In this document: piece by piece, positions 19,519 through 32,993 of the stretch
Layout: each line of letters opens with the position of its first letter
Position numbering within the stretch: the stretch's first letter is position 1
Origin: a bacterium
GTDB taxonomy: Bacteria > UBA8248
Length of the DNA stretch: 64,000 nt
Direction of reading: 5' to 3'
Assembly (NCBI GenBank): GCA_963692865.2
Contig: OY843592.1
Location: forward strand, 1,856,001-1,920,000
Program-made: the position numbers and the translations under genes
The notes under the pieces: model-generated
Told to the model about the DNA's origin: nothing
What the model saw: only the letters and a program-made list of their open reading frames with translations
Database searches by the model: none

Positions 19519-20606
19519 GGATTGACGTTCGCATGATCTCGATGGGGGGCATCGGAACCTATTTGAGAGCCCTGCTCGCCGGGCTGAGCAGGCGCGATGA
19601 CGATGCCGAGTACGTGTTGTTCGCACAGGAAAAGGACGTGGGTTTCTGCGCCGGGCTGGGCGGTAATTTCACGCGGCGGGTTTGCGACGCGCCGCCCTAT
19701 TCACTTGCCGAGCAGGTGATTCTGCCCCGGCTGCTGGCGCGCGAGCGGCTGGATCTGATTCACCATCCGCATTATTTCGCTCCTTTTTTCGGGAAGACGC
19801 CCATGGTGGCTACGATTCATGATTTGATCCATCAGTTGTTTCCGGCGCTTTGCCCCTCGCCGCTGCACTGGCGCGCCTCCAAATGGACGGTCGCGAGAAC
19901 GGCGCGGCGGGCGCGTCTGGTTCTCGCTGTTTCCGAGCACACGAAAAGAGATATCGTGAAGCACGTGGGCGCCCCCGATGAAAAGGTGCGTGTCGTGCAC
20001 AACGCCTTGCCGCCCGGCTGGGAGAATGGAAACGCGCCCTTGCCTGAGGCGCTAAGGAAACTCGGCGATACGCCGTATTTTCTCTATGTGGGAAACCACA
20101 AGCGCCACAAGAACCTGCAACTGCTGCTCGATGCCTTTGCGGATTTGCTGAAGGAGGCGAGCGACGTTCGCCTCGTCATGACGGGCGAGCGGCAGAGTCT
20201 GGAGAATGTCTTGCAATTTTTGAAACTCGGGGAAGAGGTGGTGTTTCTGGGGCAGATGTCTCGAGAGTCGCTGCCGGGTGTCTATCGCTCCGCGCTGGCG
20301 CTGGTGTTTCCCTCCCATTACGAGGGTTTTGGCTATCCTCCCTTGGAGGCCATGGCGTGCGGCGCGCCGCCGATTGTGTCGGATGCGGCGGCTCTGCCCG
20401 AGGTGGTCGGCGACGCGGGCCTGATCGTTCCGCGGGGAGACAAGACCGCCCTGCGAAACGCGATGTTGCGCATTTTGAACGAACCGGGATTGAGAGAGGC
20501 CCTGTCTGAGAAGTCGACAGAGCGGGCGCGCTTTTTTCACTGGGAAAAGCTCGCTGCTGAAACACAACGCGCCTACCGCGACGCCCTTTTATGTTCGTCC
20601 GGGTGA
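19509..20606 (+). CDS. Glycosyltransferase family 4 (mannosyltransferase-like)
   Basis: MRIGIDVR...GGIGTY, TIHDL, EGFGYPPLEAMACG. Confidence 0.9.
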   Translation: MRIGIDVRMISMGGIGTYLRALLAGLSRRDDDAEYVLFAQEKDVGFCAGLGGNFTRRVCDAPPYSLAEQVILPRLLARERLDLIHHPHYFAPFFGKTPMVATIHDLIHQLFPALCPSPLHWRASKWTVARTARRARLVLAVSEHTKRDIVKHVGAPDEKVRVVHNALPPGWENGNAPLPEALRKLGDTPYFLYVGNHKRHKNLQLLLDAFADLLKEASDVRLVMTGERQSLENVLQFLKLGEEVVFLGQMSRESLPGVYRSALALVFPSHYEGFGYPPLEAMACGAPPIVSDAAALPEVVGDAGLIVPRGDKTALRNAMLRILNEPGLREALSEKSTERARFFHWEKLAAETQRAYRDALLCSSG

Positions 20607-20655
20607 ATTCCCGCCTCTGCATCTGCCTCCAGGTCTTGAGACCTCAGGAGCGCAT

Positions 20656-21852
20656 ATGCGGGTAGCGATCGTGCATGACTGGCTCACAGGCATGAGAGGC
20701 GGAGAGAAATGCCTCGAAGTGTTTTGCGAGATATACCCGGAGGCGGATATCTTCACGCTGTTTCACGTTCCGGGCTCGGTTTCCGAGGTCATCGAGCGCC
20801 ACCGCATCCATACCAGCCCCTTGCAGTGGGTTCCCGGCGCCAGACGGCGCTACCGCTATACGCTGCCCCTCATGCCGACGGCTGTGCGGATGTTCTCGCT
20901 CGGGGAGTACGATTTCATTCTCTCAAGTTCGCATTGCGTCGCGAAAGGAGCAAGGGGAGGTTATAAAACCTACCACCTCAGCTATTGCCACACGCCGATG
21001 CGCTACGCCTGGAGCGGGTATGAGGAATATCTCGCGCGATTGGACGGCGGGGCCAAGTGGTTTTTCCCTCGCCTCGTCGAGTATCTTAGAAGATGGGACA
21101 ACGAAGCCAACAAGGGAGTACATGATTTCATGGCCAACAGCCGGACGGTGGCGGAGCGCATCCGCCGCTATTACGGTAGAGAGGCGGAAGTGCTCTATCC
21201 TCCGGTGGATACCGAGTTCTACCGACCCCGAAACGGGCGCGTATCGGACTACTATCTCATGGTCACGGCGTTCGCGCCCTATAAGCGCGTCGATGCGGCG
21301 GTCGAGGCGTTCGGGCGGCTTGGGCGCCCGCTCAAGATAGTGGGAGAGGGCCAGGATTTCGAGCGCATCCGCGCGCTCGGAAAACCGAACGTGAAATTTT
21401 TGGGTTGGCAGGATGATGAAACCATCCGTGATCTTTACGCCGGATGCCGGGCCTTCATCCTGCCGGGTGAGGAAGATTTCGGCATCGCTCCGATCGAGGC
21501 GCAGGCATGCGGCCGTCCGGTTCTCGCTCTGGGCGCGGGCGGCGCGCTCGAGACCGTCGTGGGTGTGAATGCGCAAGACTATGAAACGCCGCCGGGCTTT
21601 GTTCCTTGGAGCGAGGCGGGGGATGGTGAAGCGGAACCGACGGGGGTGTTTTTCTCCCGTCCGGAAGCAGCGCACATCGAAGAGGCCGTCATGGCGTTCG
21701 AGAAGATAGAGCATCGATTCTCGCCTGATGCCGCGCGCAGACAAGCGGAGCGATTCGGGCGTGAGCATTTCAAGAAAACGTCGGCGGAGCGTTTTCGGCA
21801 GGGATGGTTGAATCACCGCGGGCGTCTGGAAAAATCTGGAGAAACATACTGA
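20656..21852 (+). CDS. Glycosyltransferase family 4
   Basis: VHDWLTGMRGGEK, YCHTPMRYAW, EDFGIAPIEAQACG. Confidence 0.9.
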   Translation: MRVAIVHDWLTGMRGGEKCLEVFCEIYPEADIFTLFHVPGSVSEVIERHRIHTSPLQWVPGARRRYRYTLPLMPTAVRMFSLGEYDFILSSSHCVAKGARGGYKTYHLSYCHTPMRYAWSGYEEYLARLDGGAKWFFPRLVEYLRRWDNEANKGVHDFMANSRTVAERIRRYYGREAEVLYPPVDTEFYRPRNGRVSDYYLMVTAFAPYKRVDAAVEAFGRLGRPLKIVGEGQDFERIRALGKPNVKFLGWQDDETIRDLYAGCRAFILPGEEDFGIAPIEAQACGRPVLALGAGGALETVVGVNAQDYETPPGFVPWSEAGDGEAEPTGVFFSRPEAAHIEEAVMAFEKIEHRFSPDAARRQAERFGREHFKKTSAERFRQGWLNHRGRLEKSGETY

Positions 21853-21877
21853 GCGATAGAGTAATACTAAGATAAGG

Positions 21878-23326
21878 TTGCTTGAAGGCGCCTTGCACGA
21901 GGAACTTTTGGCTGGACCCGACAAGGAACATCATGTCGTGTTACGTAAATACGGCCAATTGAACTCTTTTTTTCTATTCGGGGGAGACGTCATCGCGCTG
22001 ATTGCGGCCTGGTTCATGGCGTATTGGTTGCGTTTCGTCGCGGAAATAGTTCCCGTTCCCTCCGGATATCCCGATTTCAGCGTCTACCTCGTCTCGCTTT
22101 TCGTGATACTGCTCATTTGGCTCACCGCTTCGGGCATTACGCGTTTGTATCATTACCGGGCTGGCCTCAATCGCGCTCAGGAGGTTATTCGGCTCATGAG
22201 CACGTTGGCTTGGACGGTTCTGCTGTTCGCCTTCTTCACGTTTTTCTATCGCAAGCAAAGTTACAGCCGATTGTTGGTCGTTCTTTTCATGGTCCTCGGG
22301 CCTGTTTTTCTTTTCTCGGTCCGACGTCTCGTCTGGTCCTTCATTCGACGTTTGAGGCGCCGGGGCGTGGACGTGCGGCGCGTCCTCATCGCGGGAACAA
22401 CGCCTATCGCCCGCCGGGTCGCCACTCATTTGGAGACATATCGATATCTTGGCTTTCAGGTCGTGGGACACCTCTGTGAGGGAGATGCCGCAGAAGGCGC
22501 GCCCGTACTCGGGAAGCTGGAGGAGGTGCGCGAAGTCGTGGCGCAAGAGAGAATCCATGAAGTCTACGTGGCGCTTCCCCCGAATTCGCGCGCCGCGCAA
22601 GAGGAATTACTGAACGCGCTGGCGGATTCGAGTGTTGACATCCGTCTGGTACCCGATATCGTTGAACACATGCGGCTGAACGCCGGAATTGAGCAACTTG
22701 ACGGCTTGCCGGTAATCCTTTTGTCGCAAACACCTCTTTCGGGCTGGAATCGGTGGATGAAGGTGGTGGTGGATTATTTTCTGGGCGCTCTATTGCTGCT
22801 TGTTCTCAGCCCGCTCATGGCCGTCATCGCACTTGTCGTGAAATGGACGAGCCGCGGCCCCGCCTTTTATCACCAGGAGAGAATGGGTCTGGACGGCGTG
22901 CGGTTTCGCATGTACAAATTTCGCTCCATGAGAGTGGATGCGGAGGCGGAATCGGGCGCGGTCTGGACGAAGGGTGAGGATGAACGGCGCACCCGGTTCG
23001 GCGCTTTCCTCAGAAAGACGAGTCTCGATGAGTTGCCGCAGTTGTTCAACGTGCTGCGCGGTGAAATGAGCCTTGTGGGCCCGAGGCCCGAGCGTCCGGT
23101 TTTTGTGGAGAAATTCAGAGCATCCGTTCCCGATTACATGTTGCGCCACAAGATGAAATCCGGAATGACGGGTTGGGCGCAGGTAAATGGATGGCGCGGA
23201 AACACGTCGATAGAAAAAAGAATCGAATTCGATTTACACTACATTGAGAACTGGTCTCTGGGCTTTGACATCAGGATTTTATGGCTCACCCTCTGGAAGG
23301 GGTTGATAAATAAAAATGCGTATTAG
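21878..23326 (+). CDS. Undecaprenyl-phosphate glucose phosphotransferase (WcaJ-like)
   Basis: Four N-terminal TM segments plus one more; YKFRSM, SLDELPQLFNVLRGEMSLVGPRPER. Start may be 21938. Confidence 0.92.
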   Translation: MLEGALHEELLAGPDKEHHVVLRKYGQLNSFFLFGGDVIALIAAWFMAYWLRFVAEIVPVPSGYPDFSVYLVSLFVILLIWLTASGITRLYHYRAGLNRAQEVIRLMSTLAWTVLLFAFFTFFYRKQSYSRLLVVLFMVLGPVFLFSVRRLVWSFIRRLRRRGVDVRRVLIAGTTPIARRVATHLETYRYLGFQVVGHLCEGDAAEGAPVLGKLEEVREVVAQERIHEVYVALPPNSRAAQEELLNALADSSVDIRLVPDIVEHMRLNAGIEQLDGLPVILLSQTPLSGWNRWMKVVVDYFLGALLLLVLSPLMAVIALVVKWTSRGPAFYHQERMGLDGVRFRMYKFRSMRVDAEAESGAVWTKGEDERRTRFGAFLRKTSLDELPQLFNVLRGEMSLVGPRPERPVFVEKFRASVPDYMLRHKMKSGMTGWAQVNGWRGNTSIEKRIEFDLHYIENWSLGFDIRILWLTLWKGLINKNAY

Positions 23327-23338
23327 ACGGCATCATGG

Positions 23339-25770
<2,432 letters not shown>

Positions 25771-25819
25771 TGCGTCCTCTCGTGCCGCTCAAGCGGCGTG
25801 GAGCCTGGAAAAGATAAAA

Positions 25820-26653
25820 ATGACGGAAAAGAAGATGGTAAAAATCGGGGATGTGTTCTTCGGCGGCCCGGGGTCGATATGCGTCATCGCGGGGCCTTGC
25901 GTGATCGAGAGCGAACAACTGACTAGAAAGTGCGCCGAAAAAGTAAGAGGGGCGGCGGAAAAATGCGGCATCGGCGGGGTGTTCAAGGCCTCTTATGACA
26001 AGGCGAATCGTAGTTCGGGAAAATCACCGCGCGGACCCGGCATCGATGAGGGTTTGCGAATACTCGAGATAATAAGGTGTGAAACCGGTCTTCCGGTGAT
26101 GTCCGACGTTCATAGCCCCGAGGAGGCCGAGCACGCGGCTCAGGTGCTGGACGCTATTCAGATTCCCGCTTTTTTGTGTCGCCAGACGGACCTCCTCCAC
26201 GCCGCGGGAAGAACAGGAAAGCCCGTGAACGTCAAAAAGGGACAGTTCATGGCGCCCGAGGACATGAAAAACGTCGTAGAAAAACTCGAGGGATCGGGTT
26301 GCCGGCAAATACTTCTTACCGAGCGAGGAACCAGTTTCGGCTACCACAACCTGGTTTCGGACATGCGCTCGCTCGTGAAGATGCGCGAATTGGGATATCC
26401 CGTGGTTTTCGATGCGACGCATAGCGTTCAGTCGCCTGGCGGACTCGGGGAAAGTTCGGGAGGCGATAGACGTATGGTTCCCCATCTCGCACGCGCTGCC
26501 GCCGCCGTGGGCGTCGACGCTTTTTTCATCGAATGTCACCCGAGGCCGGATGAAGCATTATCCGATGGGCCTAACATGATGCACATCGAAGAGCTTCATC
26601 CTCTTCTCACCTCCTTGCAGGCAATAGATTCTGCGCGTCTTGACGCACAATAG
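25820..26653 (+). CDS. kdsA: KDO8P synthase
   Basis: [45 protein letters not shown]. Confidence 0.96.
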   Translation: MTEKKMVKIGDVFFGGPGSICVIAGPCVIESEQLTRKCAEKVRGAAEKCGIGGVFKASYDKANRSSGKSPRGPGIDEGLRILEIIRCETGLPVMSDVHSPEEAEHAAQVLDAIQIPAFLCRQTDLLHAAGRTGKPVNVKKGQFMAPEDMKNVVEKLEGSGCRQILLTERGTSFGYHNLVSDMRSLVKMRELGYPVVFDATHSVQSPGGLGESSGGDRRMVPHLARAAAAVGVDAFFIECHPRPDEALSDGPNMMHIEELHPLLTSLQAIDSARLDAQ

Positions 26654-26912
26654 CGTTTTGAGAAGTCAGTTTACCATCACGTTCTCAGTTTCACGCCTCT
26701 TCTTCACGCAACGGAGCATACCTGCAGGGTGGGTTCAGTCCCCTATTTCATTGATGGTGTAAGAGGTCGGGAAGTTTTCGGTTTCTTGAGACGGCGAGCC
26801 CTGAATTTGGCGTCAAATATGAATTGGCACAACTTTCAAACATTTTGGTAATATATTGATTCGTTGTTGTTTGATTGAAAATTTGTGATTCCCACTTTCA
26901 TGGGAAGGAGCC

Positions 26913-28655
26913 ATGCAACATCAACGTCTCTATTCCGGCCCTCGGTCTAATCTCTCTTTCATAGGCACGGGTGTACGCCTGCAAGGCTCACTGCTTTTCT
27001 CAGGCAAAGTTCTCGTGCAAGGAGAATTCAGAGGAGAAATTAATGGTGATGGACATCTCGAGATTGGAGAGACGGGAAAGGCCGAGGGCGATATCCACAC
27101 GAAAGAACTTGTGAATCACGGCCAGACCAAAGGTTCTATATCTGTGGAAAGTCGTGTTGAATTCAACGCCGGATGCTTTCACGAAGGAGATGTCACGGCG
27201 CGGAAAATTTATATGGATCCGGAAGCAACGTTTGAGGGTAGATTGATGATGCCCGACGTCACTGCGACGCCTGCGCCCAAACCATGGGTTTCGAAAAGGT
27301 GCCTGCAAATTGCGGTGGGGGTGGTGCTATTTCTGGCCGCTGGTATTGCCACCACGGCGATTTCTCGTGAGTCTCCTGATTACTTGCGCAATATTTGGAA
27401 TCGCCTCGACGCAATGTGGGAAGCGAGAGTTGGTGAATGGCTGGACTCCAGCGGGCCGAAAAATCTGAAACTTGAATCTGAAGAACAACAGAGAAAATAT
27501 ATCGCTGAGGCGGCTCAGCACGAAAGTAAGGGAGAGTTCGATAAGGCCGTAACCGGCCTGAGAGCTGCTTTGGAGTTCAATGGGAGCCGCCAGAATGTGG
27601 CCCGATACCGCTTGGCGAAAATTCTGGCGCAGCAAAATCACTCCCGAGAGGCCGAAAGTGAAATACAATCTTTGCTCCAACGCACTCCGGGGCACATAGA
27701 AGGAATGATCTTGCTTGGGGATTTGTATGTTCGTAGTGGGCAACTATCCAAGGCGCTGGAAATATACCGAGAAGCCTATCTGCGTGAACCCGAAGACATT
27801 GTCTTGAAAAGAAGGCTTCAGATTCTGGAGTCGCGTGTCAGTTCGGTTCGGCCCAAGTCGGCCAGGCTTGCGGAAGAGGCGTTGGACCCGGCCCAGGTTT
27901 TAATCAATGCCGAGCGCTTCATATCCAGTGATGATCCGGCGAGGGCCGTGAACCTGCTGGAAGGAGCCATCGAAGCAACACCGGACAATGCGAGGTTCCA
28001 TTTCTTGCTGGGTGCCGCCCTGGTTCAAATGAACCGTAAGAACGAAGCAATTCGCGCCTATGAAAAAGTTGTTTCTTTATCGCCCGACTGGCTGGATGGT
28101 TATATACGTCTGGGTGCTCTTTTGGAATCTCAAGAGCGGGATAAAGATGCGATCTCACTATATGAAAAAGCGGGCCGACTGGACTCGAACGACATCGAGA
28201 TGAAAATTCGCATCGCCAATCTTCATAAATCGAGGGGACGGAAAAAGGTCGCTCATAAGATACTTCTGGACTTGCTGGATAAGCACCCCCATTCGTCTCG
28301 TGTTTTAGTGGAACTCGGTGTTTTTCTTTGGGAAAACAAACAACCAATAGAGTCGAAAAAAGTATTCATGCAGGTGCTCGAAATAGACAGGGATTCAGCG
28401 CCGGCCTTGAATCGCTTGGCGTGGTTTCACAGGAAGGACAAAGAAAGTCTGGCGCACGGCATCAAGCTTTCAAAACGCTCGCTGGAACTCCAGCCAGATA
28501 CACCGGCGTACCTCGACACCCTGGCGGAGTTGTATTATCGAAACGGAGAGTCGGTAAAGGCGCTTCCGCTCATTCAGAGGGCGATTGAATTAGAGCCCGG
28601 GAAACGCTATTTTCGTCTTCAACTGGAAAAATTCAAGAATGCGAGCCGCAAATGA
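26913..28655 (+). CDS. Bactofilin domain - transmembrane helix - TPR repeat protein
   Basis: Residues ~13-112 show a bactofilin beta-helix pattern (FIGTGVRLQGSL...GEFRGEI...LEIGETGKAEGDI...ATFEG). Hydrophobic IAVGVVLFLAAGIATTAI follows, then multiple TPRs ending in YLDTLAELYY. Confidence 0.8.
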   Translation: MQHQRLYSGPRSNLSFIGTGVRLQGSLLFSGKVLVQGEFRGEINGDGHLEIGETGKAEGDIHTKELVNHGQTKGSISVESRVEFNAGCFHEGDVTARKIYMDPEATFEGRLMMPDVTATPAPKPWVSKRCLQIAVGVVLFLAAGIATTAISRESPDYLRNIWNRLDAMWEARVGEWLDSSGPKNLKLESEEQQRKYIAEAAQHESKGEFDKAVTGLRAALEFNGSRQNVARYRLAKILAQQNHSREAESEIQSLLQRTPGHIEGMILLGDLYVRSGQLSKALEIYREAYLREPEDIVLKRRLQILESRVSSVRPKSARLAEEALDPAQVLINAERFISSDDPARAVNLLEGAIEATPDNARFHFLLGAALVQMNRKNEAIRAYEKVVSLSPDWLDGYIRLGALLESQERDKDAISLYEKAGRLDSNDIEMKIRIANLHKSRGRKKVAHKILLDLLDKHPHSSRVLVELGVFLWENKQPIESKKVFMQVLEIDRDSAPALNRLAWFHRKDKESLAHGIKLSKRSLELQPDTPAYLDTLAELYYRNGESVKALPLIQRAIELEPGKRYFRLQLEKFKNASRK

Positions 28656-28844
28656 TTGCCGCAAGAGATCGTGTGGATGTTGATATTCATCACGTCTTGA
28701 TGATGTTGAATGATTGAGCGCTTCTCAGGCAGAGAATAAAAGTGTTGTATGCGGGGGTCATAAACAGATGGTATGAAGATGTGGCGGAACATGATTCATC
28801 CCGCCCCGTTAGTGGTCGCCGCTCTTAGTTTGGAGGGCTGAGAA

Positions 28845-29678
28845 ATGGGTGTTCTGACAATTTCAAGAGAACTTGGAAGCGGTGGTGATGTTATCGGGAA
28901 GAAAGTTGCTCAAGAATTGGGGTGGGACCTTTTGGATAACGACGGGTTTGCGGATGCCGCACAATCATATGGCTATGTTCGAGCCGAACTGGAGCAGGTG
29001 GATGAGAGGAAGCCCGGTTTGATAGACCGCTTTTTCCGGGACAGGCAACTCGTATATCTCGATATCATGCGCGCAATCGTGTATGAATCGGCGTTGAAAA
29101 ATAATTTCGTCATACTGGGTCGTGGCTCTCATATACTGTTGGAGGGAATCGAGGGAGTTTTTCGAGCGCGTATAGTGGCGCCTCGAGGTTATCGTCAGCG
29201 AACTTTGGTGAACAATGAGGGGATTACCCCGTCTATGGCAGAGCAGTTCATACGCCACAACGATGATGAAAGGATGGCGTATACGCGGCATTTTTTCGAT
29301 GTCCGATGGGGAGAACCGAGTCACTTTGACATCATATTGAATACCGGATTGTTCGATGAAGATACGTCAATACGTTTGCTGGTGAAAATTTTGGAAAGCG
29401 AGAAACTTTCGCAATCTCAACCATCGAAGTCTCAAAAGCTGCAAAATCTGGCTTTCGCGCAGAAGATTAAAGCGACAATCATGACGGATGAGCGAATCGA
29501 TGCGAGTGGCATTGTCGTAGAGTGTCTTGGAGCAGGAGAGTTGCTCCTGCATGGGCGCGTCAATAGCGACGAAGAAAAAGAATTGGCTGAATCAATTGCC
29601 AGAGGATATGCTGGAGTTGTCGAACTGAACAGTGAGTTGGTCGTGATGCCACCTATAGAAGGATGGTATCCGGTATGA
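28845..29678 (+). CDS. Cytidylate kinase-like family protein with C-terminal BON domain
   Basis: TISRELGSGG, VILGRG, FDIILNT. C-terminal IKATIMTDERIDASGIVVEC...LHGRVNSDEEKELAESIA...GVVELNSEL. Confidence 0.85.
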   Translation: MGVLTISRELGSGGDVIGKKVAQELGWDLLDNDGFADAAQSYGYVRAELEQVDERKPGLIDRFFRDRQLVYLDIMRAIVYESALKNNFVILGRGSHILLEGIEGVFRARIVAPRGYRQRTLVNNEGITPSMAEQFIRHNDDERMAYTRHFFDVRWGEPSHFDIILNTGLFDEDTSIRLLVKILESEKLSQSQPSKSQKLQNLAFAQKIKATIMTDERIDASGIVVECLGAGELLLHGRVNSDEEKELAESIARGYAGVVELNSELVVMPPIEGWYPV

Positions 29679-30307
29679 GTCGAAGACATGGTCGAGGAAT
29701 TAAATCACGGACCGTAAAGAGCCATGAATTACGGATTGTGTTTATTGGCTGTTTGATGATGACGATGCTTTCTGGTTGCAACTTCGTTGTGATGCAAGCT
29801 GATTACCAAGAGGATAAAGACCAAAATCAAAAGGAAATCGGCGTGATCCGTAGCCAGCTGCTTGCGCACACGCGAATCTTGGCGAATCATGGCAAATCAT
29901 TAAACGAGTTCAAACTGCAGCTTCGAGATGCGGTATCGAATGTTGAGAAAACTGTGAAGGGATTAAAGGCGAAACCCAACCAGATGATGGTTTCTCCAAA
30001 GTCGGGTCGCCAAAAAGAATCTGCTGGAAAACCGGTCAGTCGAAACCGAATGCGTGAAGAGACCAGGTATATCCGCCGCACATATAAAGGGTTGTCGCTG
30101 AGTTATGCGGGGGGGTATAACGAGCCGCGTGGTTCTCGTTATCCCTACAAACTCGACCCGGGAACGCAGGTAGCCGTTATTTCCGGCGACCGGCGTGGTT
30201 TTACCAGAGTGGAGGTGAAGTCAGGCCGCTGGGCGGGAAAGAAAATGTGGGTGCGCACCCGCTGGCTTACGGAGGAGGCTCCAAAGCGTATGGGCGGCAA
30301 AAGTTGA
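29675..30307 (+). CDS. Putative lipoprotein with coiled-coil and SH3b-like C-terminus
   Basis: ATGA overlap with the upstream stop. Hydrophobic stretch plus lipobox LSGC. C-terminal LDPGTQVAVI...FTRVEV...MWV. Confidence 0.55.
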   Translation: MSRRHGRGIKSRTVKSHELRIVFIGCLMMTMLSGCNFVVMQADYQEDKDQNQKEIGVIRSQLLAHTRILANHGKSLNEFKLQLRDAVSNVEKTVKGLKAKPNQMMVSPKSGRQKESAGKPVSRNRMREETRYIRRTYKGLSLSYAGGYNEPRGSRYPYKLDPGTQVAVISGDRRGFTRVEVKSGRWAGKKMWVRTRWLTEEAPKRMGGKS

Positions 30308-30309
30308 TT

Positions 30310-31485
30310 CTATAGTTTTCTGAGTCCCTCGCTGAGGTCGTCTCGTAAAACCTCGAAGTCCTCGAGTCCCACGGAATATCGAATCAATCCTGCGGAAATA
30401 CCCCGATTCTCGGCGCCTTCTGTACCTATATCCGCATACGCCATCTTTACGTGATGCTCCACTTGGCTCTCCGTTCCGCCGAAGCCGGGCGCGAGAACGG
30501 GTATCTGAAGAGCGTTCACCAACTCGTCGGCTTTGTCGGGATTGCCGCCGAGCTCGAAGCTGACTATCCCGCCGAACGCCGCCATGTACTTTACGGCTCT
30601 TTGATGATCCGGGTGAGACTCGAGACCTGGATAGTGAACCCGGGAGACTTTGGGGTGGCCAGTAAGAAATTCGGCCAGCTTGAGAGCCGTGTCGCTGATG
30701 CGCAGGACGCGTAATTCGAGCGTTTTGAGTCCACGCTCCACCAGGAACGCCTCTTGCGGCCCGAGAATGGAACCCAGCAATGCCTGTTGTTCGCGTAGGG
30801 CGTCGATTATGCCCCGGCGGCCTGAGACCGCTCCCGCCACAACGTCGTTGTGTCCGCCGATATACTTCGTCGCGCTTTGAACCGCTAAATCGGCCCCATG
30901 CTCCAGCGGGCGAAATAGGATGGGGGACGCAATGGTTGAGTCCACGATGAACCTGGCATTTTTTTGTCGGGCCCATTCGGCCATTTTTTCGACATCCGGT
31001 ATGCGGAGTGTAGGGTTGGAGGGAATTTCCGTGAACAATACCCGGACCGGGTCTTCCGGAAGGGATTCCAGAGATTCGGCCGTATTCTCCGCCGGAATTT
31101 CGACGCGTACCCCGTAGCGGGTCAGGAGACCCTCTGCGATGTCCCTCGTATGTCGGTAGCTCTCCTGCGGGATGACGATTCGCGCATTAGGCGCCAGGAG
31201 CGAGAGGAATATCGAGGAGACGGCCGCCATGCCGCTGGCGTAGAGCAGGGAGGTTTCCGCGCTTTCCATGAGGGCGAGCCTGCGTTCTGCGGCTTCGTTC
31301 GTCGGGTTTCCGTATCGTGAATAGAAAAACGCGTCCGACTCGCCGCCATGATAGGCTTCCAGTTCGTCCGAACCGTCGAAGGTGAACGTCGCAGTCTGGA
31401 AGATAGGCGGCGCGAGCGATTTTTTCGCCTGATTTCGCTCGTCCCTTCTCATGTTTTTCGACAATGGGATCAACTCCTGTTTCAT
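30310..31485 (-). CDS. PLP-dependent trans-sulfuration enzyme (cystathionine gamma-synthase/lyase family)
   Basis: YSRYGNPT, ASGMAA, SATKYIGGHNDV, RYSVGLED. Confidence 0.9.
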   Translation of the reverse strand: MKQELIPLSKNMRRDERNQAKKSLAPPIFQTATFTFDGSDELEAYHGGESDAFFYSRYGNPTNEAAERRLALMESAETSLLYASGMAAVSSIFLSLLAPNARIVIPQESYRHTRDIAEGLLTRYGVRVEIPAENTAESLESLPEDPVRVLFTEIPSNPTLRIPDVEKMAEWARQKNARFIVDSTIASPILFRPLEHGADLAVQSATKYIGGHNDVVAGAVSGRRGIIDALREQQALLGSILGPQEAFLVERGLKTLELRVLRISDTALKLAEFLTGHPKVSRVHYPGLESHPDHQRAVKYMAAFGGIVSFELGGNPDKADELVNALQIPVLAPGFGGTESQVEHHVKMAYADIGTEGAENRGISAGLIRYSVGLEDFEVLRDDLSEGLRKL

Positions 31486-31518
31486 CGGCGCAGCGAAACG
31501 ATGAAACCCGAACGGGCG

Positions 31519-32862
31519 CTAGGTTACGGACAATGCGCCGAGTCTCTTTTCGATGGCGTCTCGAACCATGTCGATGTCCTCAGGAAGCTCAATGGGAGTG
31601 TTGGCGAAACGGCTGTCGACGCTCGGAATTGCTTGTTGATGATAATTGACCTTGAATTCGGTGAACTTCAGGCCATGAGCCGTAGAGATGACCACCACCC
31701 GAGTCTTGGGATTGATTTCTCCGCGCTCGATGATTTTTTCGAGAGCGGCCAGCGCTACGCCTGTCTGGGGACAGTTGTACATTCCGGTTCTGTCCGCGCG
31801 CGCGGCGGCGTTCGCCAACTCCTCCTCGCTCGCCTGCTCCACGGAGCCCTCGAACGCCTTGAGCGTCCGGACGGCTCTCTCGATGCTCACCGGATTCCCG
31901 ATCTGGATGGCCGTCGCCAGCGTCGGTTCGGCCTCTATCGGGTGGAATTCGCGGAACCCGGTCATGAAGCTTCTGTAGAGGGGGTTGGCCTTTTCGGTCT
32001 GTGCGCAAACGATGCGGGGCAACTTGTCGATAAGCCCTAAATCGCGCATCTGCATGAAGCCCTTGCCCAGTGCGCTCACGTTCCCGAGGTTGCCGCCGGG
32101 AATGATGATGAGGTCGGGGACCTCCCAGTCGAACTGTTGGACGAGCTCGATGCTGATGGTTTTCTGCCCTTCGATGCGGAGCGAATTCATGCTGTTGGCG
32201 AGGTATATCCCCTGCTCCTCGCACACCTGCCGCACGATGCGCATACAGCCGTCGAAATCCGTATCGATGGCGAGCACCATGGCGCCGTTCGTGATGGGCT
32301 GGATGAGCTGCGCGACGGAAACTTTCTCGCGCGGCAGAAAGACGATGGCGGGGATATCGGCCGCCGCGGCGTACGCGGCCAGGGCGGCGGAGGTATCGCC
32401 CGTCGACGCGCAGGCGACGGCGCGGAGTTTTTTTCCGTCGGCCATCATCTGCTGGGCGGCGGACACGAGCACCGTCATGCCGAGGTCCTTGAAGGAGCCG
32501 GTGTGGCTGTTTCCGCACTGCTTGATCCACAACTCGCCGATTCCGAGTTCGCGCCCCAGGCGATTCGCCCAGAAGAGGTTCGTGCCCCCTTCGTAGAACG
32601 AGATGATGTTTTCATCGTCTATCAGCGGGCAGACCCACTCTTTCTTGCCCCATACGCCGCTGCCGTAGGGCCAGGTGTTGCGCTGGTAGCGGTCGTCGAA
32701 CAGGTGGCGCCACTCCGAAGCGCTTCGCATGCGCAGGGTTTCGAGGTCGTGCGTGACGTCGAGGAGGCTCTCGCATTCGCGGCACTGGTACACCGAATCG
32801 AAAATGGAGTACGTCGCCTCGCATTCGGGGTTGATGCATTGGAACCAGCAGTTGCAGTCCAT
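31519..32862 (-). CDS. thrC: Threonine synthase
   Basis: [44 protein letters not shown]. Confidence 0.93.
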   Translation of the reverse strand: MDCNCWFQCINPECEATYSIFDSVYQCRECESLLDVTHDLETLRMRSASEWRHLFDDRYQRNTWPYGSGVWGKKEWVCPLIDDENIISFYEGGTNLFWANRLGRELGIGELWIKQCGNSHTGSFKDLGMTVLVSAAQQMMADGKKLRAVACASTGDTSAALAAYAAAADIPAIVFLPREKVSVAQLIQPITNGAMVLAIDTDFDGCMRIVRQVCEEQGIYLANSMNSLRIEGQKTISIELVQQFDWEVPDLIIIPGGNLGNVSALGKGFMQMRDLGLIDKLPRIVCAQTEKANPLYRSFMTGFREFHPIEAEPTLATAIQIGNPVSIERAVRTLKAFEGSVEQASEEELANAAARADRTGMYNCPQTGVALAALEKIIERGEINPKTRVVVISTAHGLKFTEFKVNYHQQAIPSVDSRFANTPIELPEDIDMVRDAIEKRLGALSVT

Positions 32863-32993
32863 CTTTTCACCAAAAGCAAAAGGCGAAGCCCGGCCCCGCC
32901 CGAAAGAAAAGAATTATTGCAGAGGCGTCTCCTGGTGGCAAATTCGCGCGTTTACGTCACGGTGTGCGGAATATGAATTCCGTCCATTCCGCG

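Noticed and set aside
26825-26840. TGGCAC as a sigma-54 promoter for the bactofilin-TPR gene
   Set aside because: The -12 TTGC element is absent (the sequence reads TGGCACAACTTTCAA).
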